64,000 nt of DNA from Eledone cirrhosa (GCA_964016885.1 OZ024748.1:10726001-10790000), one strand, 5' to 3'; positions 30,780 to 44,590 are shown, counted from the first letter of the stretch. Numbers and translations: made by a program. The notes: generated by a model not told the origin, from the letters alone.

Positions 30780-32105
30780 ACAGGAATTGATTTTGGCTTG
30801 ATTTCTACAGCTGGATGCCCTTCCTAACACCAACCTCATTTACAGTGAGTGCTGGGTGCTTTTTTCCGTGGCGCCTACACGTCTACTTTACAGTGTGGGC
30901 TGGGTGCTTTTTTGCCGTGGCACCTCCACGACCACTTTGCAGTGGGAGGGTGTGGGGGCATATTGTCTATATGCTTCAGCTTGTACCCGTGGGAGGTCGG
31001 GTACTCTGTATTACTGTGTGATGCCAGAGGTCACGGTCGTGTGTCATCACCTTTGAGAGGTGTAATTGGGTAAGGTCAGCTTTTATCACCTCATCCCAGG
31101 TCTTCTTGGGTCTCCCCACTCCGCGGTTTCCATTGACTTTTACTGCTCTGCACCTTTTTATGCAGCTGTCATCCTTCATACGCATCACATGTCCATAGCA
31201 ACGCAACCGCCTCTCCTGCACACAGCATTTGATTCCTCTTATGCACAGTCTCTCTCTCAATTCATTTATGCTTTGCCGTTCACGTATATTACTATTACAT
31301 ATCCATCGGAGCATGCAGGTTTCATTTCTTTCTAATCTACACAAGTCTTCAACAGACAGCGCCCAGGTCTCACTACCATGTAACATTGCTGTTCATATAC
31401 ACGCATCATACAGTCTGCCTTTCATGTTGAGGGAAAAGCCTTTTGCAGCTAGCTGTGGCAGTAGCTCCCTGAACTTTTTCCATCCCGTTCTTACCCTAGT
31501 TATTGTACTTTCCGAACACCCACCTCCGCTGCTAATTCGGTCACCTAGGTAGCAGAAGCTGTCTACTGTTTCTACAGAGCCCTCCCAGAGATTGGTGGTA
31601 CTTGTTTCCTGTGGCTGTTTGCTGCTTGCTGTCCCAGCACAGCTGCTACATGTGAAGCCTACATTCTTAGTTAAGCTTCCTGAGATCCCGCTACATCTCT
31701 TGTGTACCCATTGTTTGCATTTGGAGCAGAGAATGGAGTTCCTACCTACACCTTTCCTACATACTGAGCAAGGCCATTTCCCTGAGGGGATCTGGGTTCT
31801 GTTTTCTCATCTACTTACAAGGACCTTAGTCTTTGTCAGGTTGACTTTGGATTCCTTTCTTTCTAGTCCCTGCTTCCAAGTTTGGAATTTCTTCTCTAGT
31901 TTTACCATAGATTCAGCTAAAAGTGTGAGGTCATCTGCATACAGGAGTTCCCATAGGCATCCGGTCTTAAACTCCTCCGTTATTGCCTGCAGGACTATGA
32001 TGAAGAGGAGAAGGCTAAGAACAGAGCCCTGGTGGACTCCGACCTGTACGCTAAATTCCTCGCTATACTCATTGCTAATCCTAACTTTGCTGACTGCTCC
32101 CCTAA
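30780..32105 (-). mobile_element. 5'-truncated RTE-clade LINE: RT (YADD), Cys-rich insert, C-terminus and 3'UTR; frameshifted
   Basis: VGVHQGSVLS...WELLYADDL, then CSVCRKGVGRNSILCSKCKQWVHKRCSG, then MLHGSETW...RRLRCYGHVMR...GRPKKTW. Confidence 0.92.
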
Positions 32106-32195
32106 ATATATAGATATATATTATGTCTGAACATAATGGAATCAAATTCCCATTGTCACTGCCTCTGTCTCTCTCGCTCTTCCTATCTCTCACAA

Positions 32196-32382
32196 TTATA
32201 AGCATATGGGAGCCCCGACGGACAGAATAGAGAAGGCGTTTCCCTGGATGATGATGAGGGAAACATGCTGGAAGAGCCATTCCAGCTTGCAAGGCTCACA
32301 CCTGCAGGTAGCCAACTCTGTGCTGATGGTGGTGAGTAGGGAGATGGTCCTGGGGCCAAGGACACCAGAAGTCTCCACTGTT
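32196..32382 (-). mobile_element. 3' fragment of CRE-like (RLE-type) non-LTR retrotransposon
   Basis: VETSGVLGP...QHVSLIIIQGNAFSIL; homologous to 34250-34440. Confidence 0.7.
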
Positions 32383-32408
32383 CCTTTTTTGTCATGTATA
32401 ATGTATTT

Positions 32409-32628
32409 TTAACCCTTTAGCATATAAACCGGCCATATCCAGCCAGAATTCTCTCACCTCTTTCAGTTCAAACCGGCCGTAACTGGCCACTCATATTGAC
32501 GTTAAGGTATTGTTCTCAAAATAATTAACATCAAAATCTCATAGATTCGATATTATGTAAGATAAAGCCTTTATTTACTGTGAGAATACAATAGTATATA
32601 TAGAGTAATGTAAATGCTAAAGGGATAA
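32409..32628. mobile_element. piggyBac-like MITE (ttaaccctttagcat...atgctaaagggataa)
   Basis: TTAA-flanked CCC/GGG TIRs; homologues at 47881-48393 and 63527-63744. Confidence 0.7.
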
Positions 32629-33567
32629 TGTTTAAAGAAAATTAATTATCTCAGGAATGTTACCACTTAAAATAATATTTTGCCGGAGATAGATTAGCAA
32701 AATTTAATAAGTGGGGATAGGTTTGAAATAAGAACAGGAGTGTTTGAAAAAATCTGAAAAATTAGTAAATGGGTGGCGGTGGGGACTATTATTTGAGACC
32801 CAAGAGTAATTTATTCCTAAAGGCTGTTCATCATCTAAAATGTTCGTCAACCGAAACTATTTTTCCCATACGAAATGTTGAGAGAGAGAAAGAGAGAGAG
32901 AGAGGGTGCGAGAGAGAGAGAGAGATGCTGTGTGTGAAAGACAGATAGATATCATCATAGAAACTAACTACACAGAAAATGACACCTTCCTGCCAATACT
33001 CCCAGCTTGTCACCAACCGTTGTTGCTGGCTTGCGTGTTTGTTACTCGAGAGACTGTACGTGTTCAGAAATTTTATGTTCAGAAAAATTGTTCGTGATGA
33101 GAGGCATTCGTGATCTGAGGTTCCACTGTATTTATTAACTTTATGATTGTCCTACATGGTTTTGTTTCAACCTCAAAGTTTATTAAAATTGTGTTTGTCT
33201 TTATTAAAATAAGCCACACTTACAACAGTATGTGTGTGGAGAGGGGGTGGAGAGGGGTAGAGTGGAGGGGAGAGAGGGTGGACGGGGTGTAGTAGGTGGA
33301 AGTACCTGAATACAAATTTAAATAAAACTGGACAAAAAAATCCAAACCAGATGTGACATTTAATTTCAAACAGAATGGATTAATTTCTAAATCAAAGGAT
33401 AGAAATAAGTGATCCAAGACAAAGAGGGTGGGTTATTATTGATAGTGGGGTGATAACTGGTTATGGGTGGGGGTACAAAAGGGGTCAGAGAGGGGTACAA
33501 GTCTATAATTAAGAGGAAATGCATCAGTGCATCAGTGACGACTAGTATCAGGTTGCATTCTCAAATA

Positions 33568-33608
<41 letters not shown>

Positions 33609-33945
33609 TGTGTGTCTGTGTGTGTGAGTGCCTGTAGAAACCAAGCCAAAACCAGTTCTGTATGAGCAAGACTTGATCATCGGACCTGGCTTGTCTCATA
33701 ATGGGGCAATTCATCTAACTCTTGCTAGAGTGGAAAAATGAACCGTAAATGGTGATGATGATGATATATATATATATTTGTTTCTTTATTAGCCACAGGG
33801 GCACAAAAGAAGGGGACAAATAAAAAGGGGGAAGTTTACATACAATAAAAACGTGTAAAATATTATCACAAATGCAATTTAAAAATTAATCGATTTTCCC
33901 CAATAGGGGGAGACTTTACATATGGGTAACACATACCCCCGAAAA

Positions 33946-33976
<31 letters not shown>

Positions 33977-34249
33977 GAAAGTATGTTAGCTTATTGTAAG
34001 TTTCCACATGTCAGGTTTAACTATAAAATAGTTAGAGAAGTTGGGCTTGTAAACCCTTAGAGTTGGAACTTAAATGAAAGTGCCTGGGTAATTTGGATAA
34101 AATACATTCCTTTGATACATTAATAATAAATATTCATGAATAAACTGTGTATTAAAAGACCTAAGATAAATTTAATAAAGATATTAACTACTGTATGAGA
34201 CAAAAACTTTATTGTGTTGTATGAGATGAAAGAATGGTATTTAACTAAT

Positions 34250-34875
34250 GTATTGGTACGCGATGGGGCCCACCCACAGCCCCAGCGGACAGAATGGAGA
34301 AGGCGTTTCCCCAGAGGACGGCAAGGGAGAAGCGCCACTCCAACTCGCGGGGCTCACACCTCTGGCTGGCCAGCTCAGCGCCTATGGTGGTGAGTAAGGA
34401 GGTAGCCCTGGGGCTGAGGACACCAGAAGTTTCCACCGCCAGGGGAACGACCGCAAACCTGTCGGTGAGCGACTGGTATTTGAGGAGTTTGGCCCCCTCA
34501 GCCCGACGTGCACCAGAACCTGGGTCAGTCGCAGACTACACCAGGTTGCGGCTGCAGTAAGTGTCGGTGCAAGTGGCATCCCAGACGAGGGGTTTGCCAC
34601 CACGGAATGGGAAGATGGTCATGCCATCTGGCCTTTTGCCGTCCCCTCGATCCAGCCCCACCGGCTCGAGCTGTAAAGGGAAGCCTGCAGCATCCAAGCC
34701 ATGCTTAATGACCTCGTTGAGGGCAGTATGGCATGGAATGCGGCTGGCACTGTGGCGACAGGAAAGCGGGTGGAGGCCGAAAGAGTCCACGGTGGAACCG
34801 CAGCGACATTGGTGTGGCTGGCAGATCCGGAAGCCAAGCCTCAGGGAAACGCCGATTCGCAGGCTATGGTTGTCT
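34250..34875 (-). mobile_element. CRE-like non-LTR retrotransposon 3' fragment (zinc knuckle + restriction-like endonuclease)
   Basis: HQCRCG...DSFGLHPLSC...HTALNEVI...LEPVGLDRGDGKRPDGMT...GKPLVWDATCTDT...VPLAVETSG...LAVLWGNA; RPD...D core of RLE endonucleases; stops present. Confidence 0.8.
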
Positions 34876-34894
34876 AAAAAAACAAAAAACTGTT

Positions 34895-35260
34895 GTTATA
34901 TATTTACACTAACAACTAGGGAAAGAATACAATCACAAATACAAGCGGCTGAAATGGGATTCCTCCGAAGGGTCTTTGGAGTAACATTACTCAATAAAGT
35001 GTGTAACTCAGAGATTAGAGTCAGGTAGAGCCACTACTTTTCTGTCGTGTGAGATCACAGCTCCGATACTATGGACATGTGGTCAGAATGTTTCAGGAAA
35101 GAATCGCTGGTCAGATTTTATGGGCAAAACCAACCAGTAAGAGACCCAGGGGTATATTCTGAGCATGGCTGGTCATGCTTGGGGATCAAGCTGGATCAGT
35201 TGAAGATGGTTGCTTCTGACAGGACCCACTAGAAGGAGTGTTTGAGGACTCTGCCCCGTC
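34895..35260 (+). mobile_element. RTE-clade LINE C-terminal fragment (second family)
   Basis: SQIQAAEMGFLRRVFGVTLLNKVCNSEIR...SQLRYYGHVVRM...RPRG. Confidence 0.8.
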
Positions 35261-35339
35261 ATTTTGAAGTCTAATGAAAGACACTGTTTATGATTTTAGA
35301 ATAATCAAACATTTGGAGGGATTTAACAATATAATTACC

Positions 35340-36125
35340 TGATTATTAAGCTGGTGTTTGGAACATAACTTAGCAAAGGTTCTTACATAAAATTATGATG
35401 GAAAGTTTTTTCATATAAATATAAACACTTTAAACATTTTTTTTGACAGAAATACCAAATTATAAAATTTAAAAAATATTGTTACTTTCTATAAGTTGGT
35501 ATTTGGAACATAACTTAACAAAGGTTCTTAGATAAATATACTTTAAAATAAGCACTTCTTCATTGTAGACTTAGTAATCTAATTGACTTTCTCATTATTA
35601 AGTTAGTGTTAGGAACATAACTTAACAAAGGTTCTTAGACAAATATAAGCGTTTTATATAGATTTTGTAATATAACTGAGTTTCTCATTAAGTTGGTTTT
35701 TGGAACATAACTTAAAGGTCCTTAGATAAATATATTTGAGAATAAACAGTTTTGTATTGTAGATTTACTATTTCGTAGTAAAGGTTCTTTAAAATAAAGT
35801 TTTGTATTAACCTGATCTGGTATGTCTCACAACAGGACAACCTGTCAAACCTGTGCTAGCATGGAAAATGGACGTTAAACTGATGATGATTTAGTAATAT
35901 AGCTTACTTTTTCATTAAGTTGGTAAGGTCGTTAAATAAATATAAACAGTTTTATGTAGATTTAGTAATATAACTAACTTTCTCATTATTAAATTGGTGT
36001 TCGGAACATAACTTAACAAAACTTCTTACCTAAAATTCTGATGGAAAGGTTTTATATAAATGCAAATACTTTAACACAAACAGTCCTGTATGACAAAGCC
36101 AGAGGTAGATTCAGCATCGAGAGGA
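35340..36125. repeat. Degenerate array of ttaag.tggt.tt.ggaacataacttaacaaagg units
   Basis: Motif recurs at ~35345, 35490, 35597, 35687, 35915, 35988; reverse complement of the 62950-63265 unit. Confidence 0.7.
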
Positions 36126-36357
36126 TCAGACAATAACAACGAATATATATATTTAAAAATCTTAATTGACCAATTGTCACTGTGTAGATAGATATCCATA
36201 GCTACATATTATCAAACGAATCAATAATTGATCAGGTCATCAATACTTCAAGGCTATATAACAGCCAGTTTTTCTCAACACACCCATAAACTGTCTTTAT
36301 GGTGGAAAAACAGCTGGACTTATGATCTAATTACACACCTTTCTTATACATATATGA

Positions 36358-36404
<47 letters not shown>

Positions 36405-36626
36405 TATATATATATACACACACATATATATGTATGTATGTTAGATGTATTGTTTGATCTGACTGTGTAGCAGCTTTGACAAGTAAGTGTCTTTCATTAT
36501 AGTCTCAAGTCAAACCAAGCCTTGTAAGTGAATTTTGATAGGCTTCTGCATAGTTTCTGTCTATCAGGTGGATTGTACTTGCAATTCAATGATTCAACTT
36601 TGTCACATTATCTCAATGACTCTGCT

Positions 36627-36663
<37 letters not shown>

Positions 36664-36799
36664 CATACATACATACATACATACATACACACATATATAT
36701 AACTTTATGATGGCCTAGTGCTAAATTATTATTATCATTATCAATGAGTAAATTATCTAATGCACCCCTTTTTTTATTAAGATGTTATTTTATATATGG

Positions 36800-37300
36800 A
36801 GTGCAGTAGATTTTCATTGTGGCTCTTGATAATATTAGATTTCTTGTGCAGTTGTAACTTACCTTAATGTCGTTCTTGTTTAATATCTTGTGAAATTTAT
36901 GGTCATTGGAGAACTATTTTGCAGCAGTAGTTTTACATCAATGTTGTATGGTGGGTTAAACCATGTAACATTTATTTTCCTCGTGTTTTTAGGAGTTACT
37001 AGAGGGGGTTGATGAGTACATTTTTCTTTGTTGACATCAAGAATGCGACACTACCTCGCTGAATTACTCCACATCCATGTTCAATGTAGCTTTATTTAAC
37101 ACTTCTTGTTGATGTATATCAGTGACATACATCAGGGTGGTGTATGGTTTCTTGAAGACTAATAGAATTTCGATTTTAGTTCACATGTGACATCCAGAAA
37201 GTATATTATTGAAAGTTCTGCTCTATTGACCTTCATCCTTAGGCTGAATTTGTTGAGCAATGCAATTATTCACCCCTACCGACACTCTTTAGAATAATGA
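36800..37300 (-). mobile_element. Decayed Penelope-like element ORF fragment (RT thumb/linker region)
   Basis: Minus strand KNTRKINVTWFNPPYNIDVK...NDHKFHKILNKNDIKVSYNCTRN...IIKSHNE, matching the PLE 'R.R...WFNPP...H...KI.N....K.SY.C..N...II..HN' signature; frameshifted. Confidence 0.7.
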
Positions 37301-37609
37301 TCCGTCATTTCTGTATAACTAAAATATTTATATGTAAGACACAATTATTTATCAACCGAATTATGGTTTAATAAAACATTTATATGTAAAAACCATAAAA
37401 AATCTTTAAACAGTTAAGATTATAGTCACCTTTCATATGTTTTTTTTTTTATTAATCATGTTATATGACTAAAATATTTATAGATAAGGATCATAAAATT
37501 TATAGTCCTTGGACATCTGTTTATTTATATATTAACCATAATATATATTTAACTAAACATTTGTATGTAAGAATCATCAAGATTAAAGTCGCTTCAGACA
37601 CTTAAATAA

Positions 37610-37812
37610 TGGTTTATGATTTAGGCACAGAGCCAACAATTTTGGAGGAGGGGAAAGTTGATTAAATCAACCCAGTGTGTTACTGGTACTTTATTTCATT
37701 GACCTCATAATGATGAAAGGCAAAGCTAAACTTGGCAGGATTTGAACTCAGAACATAACTATATATCAGATAACATGTTGTCAGACACTATCGATTCCTA
37801 CCAATCCACCAC
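37610..37812 (-). mobile_element. Second tRNA-SINE family (ctggtacttattttatcgaccc..aaggatgaaaggcaaag core)
   Basis: Related copies at 44400-44590, 46930-47120, 49185-49272, 49875-49960. Confidence 0.65.
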
Positions 37813-37964
37813 CCTTCAGGCAATTATATAATAACCATAATATATGTTTTAATTAAACATTTATAAGTGTAGTTAAGGAGTTTGCTTCCCAGTACCTTGA
37901 TTTTGAGTTCAGTCTCACTGCATGGCCTCTAGGGAAAGGGTCTTGATTTTAATTATACATTTAT

Positions 37965-38115
37965 ATAGGTGCAGCTATTAAGGAGCTTGCTTCACAACCA
38001 AATGGTTCCAGGTTCAGTCCCACGGCATGGTACCTTGGGCAAGTTTATTCTACTTTAGCCTCAGATTGAATAATGCCTTGTGAGTGGAATTGATAAATAG
38101 AAATTATACAGAAAC
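37965..38115 (+). mobile_element. Third tRNA-SINE family (octopus OK/OR-like), decayed
   Basis: taaggagcttgcttcacaacc...ggttcagtcccacgg...accttgggcaag...gccttgtgagtgga; related fragments at 2094-2180 (-) and 36455-36545. Confidence 0.6.
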
Positions 38116-38132
38116 TTGTTCATTCATTCATT

Positions 38133-38443
38133 CATTTCATTTTACGTCCGCTTTTTCCCTGCTTGCAAGGGTGGGACGGGAACTGATTCTGGCTAGATTT
38201 CTACAGCTGGATGCCCTTCCTAACACCAACCTCATTTACAGTGAGTGCTGGGTGCTTTTTTGCCGTGGCACCTCCACGAGCACTTTGCAGTGGAATGATA
38301 GGGACCCCAGTCCCTATCATCTCATTTCTACAGCTGAGTAAACTGGAGCAATGTGAAATAAAGTGTCTTGCTCAAGGAAACACATCACCCGGTCTGAGAA
38401 TTGAACTCACAACCTTTCGATTGCAAGGCCAATGCTCTAACCG
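38133..38443 (-). mobile_element. tRNA-SINE with RTE-like tail
   Basis: Near-identical to 60766-61094. Confidence 0.85.
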
Positions 38444-39039
38444 CTTGTTATATATATATATAAATATATAATTATCATCATCGTTTAATATCTATCTTCC
38501 ACCCTAGCATGGGTGAGATGGGAATTGTCCCACTTGAGGCAAGATTGATCAGGTGACCATGTCTCGCTTGTAGAGGACTATCTGGCAGGTTTACTACGGC
38601 TGGATGCCCTTCCTAACACCAACCACATTTAGTGTGGACTGGGAGCTTTTTACCATGTTACCTACATAACTATATATATCTCATAGGGTTAGTTTGCTCT
38701 ACTTACTACGGATATAACCTGATTTTTTAACACTATATATATACATATATATGTATGTGTGTGTGTGTGCGTGTGTGTGCTTGTATCTGTACTGTTTGAT
38801 TATGTTCATTAACTAAGTGATTTGACAAATAGAGATCGATAAAATAAGTAGCCCATGGACAGTATTAAATACCAGCCATATTTTTATATATATATATATA
38901 TACATACACATATACATACATATATATACATATACACATATATATATATATCCCCCACCCCCAAACGTGAAACTAATATTAACATTTTGTACTACCTCTT
39001 CGCTTCCTTGTTGTTTATTTGTTTTCTGTTTCAACTATA

Positions 39040-39103
<64 letters not shown>

Positions 39104-39699
39104 TGTATATATATATATATACACACACATATATATATATATACAGACTGTATATGCTTCAAGTAGAACACAAACAAATCTAAACGAAACCCATGTAATC
39201 CATAAACTTGCTGTTGAACTTCCGATCATAATGTTTTGGGTTCGATTCCTGGACAAGGTGCCATGCTGTATTCTTGAGCAAAAAACACTTCATTTCATGT
39301 TTCAGTAGATTCTGCTGAAAATAAGCAGCAGCAGTATATGGGGAATTAATTCGGTGATAGACTGGTGTCCTGTCCTGGGGAGAGTTTAGTACACTAAGTC
39401 ACTTAATGCTGAAAAAACTGAGACAAGCCACCAGGCTGATGAGCCTCCAGGCTTGGGGAATAAAAAGAATAATTCCCAGTAGATCTTTATTTAACTGCTA
39501 TCAGACTATAAAACAAACACCATCTTTCTCTCTATTTTTTCTACTGTTTCATGTGAGAATCTGAAGATCTTGCAAGTGAGAGGTTGCAATCTGTTGAATG
39601 AAACTTGTTGTTTTTGTTTTTTTAGAGAGAAAGACAAAATTAAAGGAAGAATGGAAGAAATATAACAGGATACAGTTAGGAGAGATTAAGATGACATGT

Positions 39700-40722
39700 G
39701 GAAGACAGGGAGGAAGGGGAAGACATGGAGAGGAAGAGGAAGACATGGAGAGGAAGGGGAATACATGGAGAGGAAGAGGAGGACATGGAGAGGAAGAGGA
39801 GGACATGGAGAGGAAGAGGAGGACATGGAGGGGAAGATGAAGACATGGAGGGGAAGGGGAAGATGAAGACATGGAGGGGAAGGGGAAGATGAAGACATGG
39901 AGGGGAAGGGGAAGATGAAGACATGGAGGGGAAGGGGAAGAGGAAGACATGGAGAGGAAGGGGAAGAGGAAGACATGGAGAGGAAGGGGAAGAGGAAGAC
40001 ATGGAGAGGAAGGGGAAGAGGAAGACATGGAGAGGAAGAGGGAAGACATGGAGAGAAAGAGGACATGGAGGGGAAGCGGAAGACATGGAGAGGAAGAGGA
40101 AGACATGGAGAGGAAGGGGAAGACATGGAGGGGAAGGGGAAGACATGAAGGGGAAGGGGAAGACATGAAGAGGAAGGGGAAGACATGGAGAGGAAGAGGA
40201 AGACATGGAGGGGAAGAGGAAGACATGGAGGGGAAGGGGAAGACATGGAGGAGAAGGGGAAGACATGGAGGAGAAGGGGAAGACATGGAGAAGGGGAAGA
40301 CATGGAGGGGAAGGGGAAGACATGGAGGGGAAGGGGAAGACATGGAGGGGAAGGGGAAGACATGAAGGGGAAGGGGAAGACATGGAGGGGAAGAGGAAGA
40401 CATGGAGGGGAAGAGGAAGACATGGAGGGGAAGGGGAAGACATGGAGGAGAAGGGGAAGACATGGAGGAGAAGGGGAAGACATGGAGAAGGGGAAGACAT
40501 GGAGGGGAAGGGGAAGACATGGAGGGGAAGGGGAAGACATGAAGGGGAAGGGGAAGACATGAAGGGGAAGACATGAAGAGGAAGAGGGAGACATGAAGAG
40601 GAAGAGGGAGACATGAAGAGGAAGAGGGAGACATGAAGAGGAAGAGGGAGACATGAAGAGGAAGAGGGAGACATGAAGAGGAAGAGGGGACATGAAGAGG
40701 AAGGCATGGAGGGGAAGACATG
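39700..40722. repeat. Purine-rich minisatellite, 20-bp core GAAGACATGGAGGGGAAGGG (variants 19-26 bp), about 50 copies
   Basis: gacatg anchor every ~20 bp; strongly strand-asymmetric. Confidence 0.95.
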
Positions 40723-41471
40723 AAAAAAACAGAATGAAAGAAAAATAGTAGAAAGAAAAATAGTAAAAAGAAAAAAAAGACAGAAATTAATTGAATTAGC
40801 GTTTTTAATTAAATATCTTGTTGGTGACGGTCAGGATAAATAATAATAATAATAATAATGATAACAATAGTAATATTAACAATATTGACATTGATAACAA
40901 AAACAAAAAAAAATAAATAAAACAAGCACCAACAAAACTATTTCAATGACAAATTATACAAAAAAAAAAAAACAAAAAAACTTAATTTAAAAAAAAATAT
41001 TTTTTTTAAAATACACTATTAACATTTGGAACAAAAATATAAAATATGAAGACAGAGACAAGAATACACACTCACGCATTCTCTCACATACACACATACA
41101 CAAGAAAGTTCTCAATAAATTAAACGTTATTTTGCATTTATTTAGCTAAAGTTTTGGAAGTTAAGACAGTATTATTAACAACCAGACATGAGAAGAAACA
41201 AAAGATTTAACACACACACATATATATATATTTGTGTGTATGTATATATATATATATATATATTTGCATGTATATACATATACATACATATATATATCTG
41301 TGTATATATATGTGTGTGTGTATATATATATATATATAGTTAATGATAATAAAATATTTACAATAATATATTAGTTTTAACAACTTCACCTCAAAACAAC
41401 CGGAATAATTTGTTTGTTTCTTGTTAACCACATAACATACAGGGAACAGACCAAGAAAGCTTGTTGGTTAC

Positions 41472-41508
<37 letters not shown>

Positions 41509-41617
41509 AATATATATCATATGTCTATGTATATATGTGTGTGTGTATATATATATTGGTAACTCTTAAGTTTTGCCTATTAAACTTCGAAATATTCAAT
41601 TCACTTTTAAAATACAA

Positions 41618-41660
<43 letters not shown>

Positions 41661-43794
41661 TAGAGAGAGACACACACAAGTGTGTGTGTACATATGTATG
41701 TGTATATACACACACAAAAGTTTTCAAACAGATGACAGAATGTCTTTATAGAAAGAACCACAATACTACTGAAGAAATTAAAAAAAAAACAGTTAAGCTG
41801 CTGATAGTGATTAGAGCTACAAGGGTTCAATTTTCACCAAGGCTGATATCAAGGGACTTTTATAATTTTTTTTTATAGCGTGTATATGTATGTATGAGTG
41901 TGTGTGTGTTCTTGTGAGTGTGTGTCTCACCTCACACTTTGATTTTTGGTGGTTTTAAACAAACTATAATATTGTTTTAATTAATCTCAGTTAAGTAGCT
42001 CATTATTAAAAATTAGATGCTCTTTGAAGTAACGAAGATAATCAAAGAAAGCAACAATTAGAGTTAATTGTAAATTTACAAACGAGGGACAAATTGGAAT
42101 GCAAATTATTAAGGTAAACGATGATAGTCCAATGGCTGAGAAATCACTCACTACGTAGGTAAGAATTGAACCAGGATAATATACGCACCTGTAAAAACAT
42201 TCAGAATATACACACATACGATATATATATATATATATACATATGTGTGCATATGTATATATATATGCGTGTGTATATATATATACATATACGTGTGTGT
42301 ATATATATATATATATGCGTGTGTGTATATATTTTGATGTATATATGAACACTATTTCTATATATTTGTACATATATATAAACACATGCACACAAACACA
42401 CACACACACATATGTATGTACACATAGACATACATGCAGGCTCATATTTACACAAGCATATAACTATACACACACACATGTATGCCTATATATACATATA
42501 TAAATGTCTATACACACACATATATATATATATATACACAATCATATTTACACAAGCACATCTATACACACATACACACACACATAAATATATATATACA
42601 TACATATATGAATATTTATTAACACATGTACATATTTGTGATGTCATCATATATAAGCTTATAAATAACAACCAACATTTCTCAGAGAATGCCAGTTCCA
42701 GTAAAGAACTACAGAAAGAATTCAACAGACTGTCACCATAATGCTTCTGGTGTTTTGGTCTTTTGAAGATTAATGGACACAGAAAAACTAAGCATGGGGC
42801 CAGAATGGAATGTTTATGTGAATGAGAGAGAGAGAGAGAGAGAAAGAGAGAGTGAGGGACTGGGAGAGAGAAGGGGATGCACAGATTTTCAAATCTCAAA
42901 AAGGCCGTCTTTGACATTCAAAGTTTCCTTCAGATCCCCTTGATAATGGATGGTACATCCAAAATATAGGGAGCAATATATATATACATATATATTATAA
43001 AAAAGAAGAGAGATCGTATCGTATACATGATACCGTCTCTTCCTTTTTATAATATTGATACTCTGTCTGATACCATATAGGTAATACCTTGTGGTGTGTG
43101 TCCATGACATTGAGTGCATACATCTGATTACACTACAGTCAGTCGATTGCTTGATCAACCAACACTGATTACTTTGAATGTATTAGAATGAATGGTATCA
43201 ACCTTAATATACCGAAACCATAGTGCTTTCCAAGGGTTGACTGAGGAGATGAGACTGTCCGTTTTTGTCCTGTGCACGCCCTGTTTGAATATATGTCATC
43301 ATCATTTTACGTCTGCTTGCAAGGGTGGGACGGGTCCTATTCAGCACACACACACACACGTATATGTGTGTGTGTGTGTGTGTGTAAGCTATAGACAACC
43401 TTGTGTATAATGTGGACTTTAAAAAAAAATACTTTGTAAACTAGAAAAATATGAACACTTAATAGAAATACAAAAAACAAATGGAATAAAAACAAAATTA
43501 AGCAAAAATAAAAAAAAATAACTATCATAAAAGGTCCAAATATTTCTCTAAAACATCTTTTAATTGAATATCGATAAAATGGCTATTGTTGTTGTTGGTG
43601 TTGTGTTTGTCTAGTTGGAGAATAACAGAGTTGGGGAGAGAGAGAGAGAATAAGAAAAAGAAGGAAAAAAGAACATTTTCACTTTTCCAGAAAATTCATT
43701 GATAAATATGTAAAATTTCCTACAGGCTCCAAGTGAAGTGGAGGCTGGCATTCAACTCCCTTTAGAATACTGATTTTTTTTCCCTTTTAGCTCA

Positions 43795-43829
<35 letters not shown>

Positions 43830-44000
43830 CATACAGATACACTCACATATACATGTGTGTATACATACACACATACAAACATACATATATATATATACAA
43901 ATACACATATATACATACAGACACACACACATATACATTTGTGTATACGTACACACATACAAATATACATATATATATACAAATACACATATATACATAG

Positions 44001-44049
<49 letters not shown>

Positions 44050-44399
44050 AACACATACATATGATAGGACATATTTAGACAGACATCCAAAGACCATGTT
44101 TGTATAGAATCATTCCATTTTGGTTTTGTTTTAAATTTTGTTGGGGGGGGGGAGTGGTTGGTGATGTGGTGAAGGAGGGTTTTTATTTCGTATATTTTTT
44201 TTGTCTTTAGATATTTATTTTAGGGCGTTTTGTTAGTTAGTTTTTCTTTTCTTTTAGTATCATTCCTGCCCCCCCCCCCCCCCCCCCCCCCCTCCCAACC
44301 AACCCGACCACAGCCACCCCAGACCACCTCACCCCCTTTCATCAATGATTTCATTATATTTTTTTTGTTTGTTTGTTAAACATTCAATATAATAATAAT

Positions 44400-44590
44400 A
44401 ATTGTTTCTACTTTTGGCACACAAGGCCAGCAATTACCCAGTGCATTACTGGTACTTTATTTTATCGACCCCGTAAGGATGAAAGGCAAAGTTAACCTCG
44501 GCGGGATTTGAACTCAGAACGTAAAGGGCCGTAACTATGCTGCAAAGCATGGTGTCTGACACTCCACCAATTCTGCCAATTCACCAACGC
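44400..44590 (-). mobile_element. Second-family SINE downstream of the DMXL stop (probable 3'UTR)
   Basis: ctggtactttattttatcgaccccgtaaggatgaaaggcaaagttaacctcggcgggatttgaactcagaac. Confidence 0.7.

Noticed and set aside
39436-39460. CTGATGA-GCCT-cc-AGGC hammerhead-like start (also CTGATGAGGAAAC at 57516)
   Set aside because: The first lacks GAAA after the stem and the second lacks stem II.
39549-40721. 330-390-aa Pro/Ser/Leu-rich ORFs
   Set aside because: Minisatellite translation, open in several frames on both strands, with no splice context.
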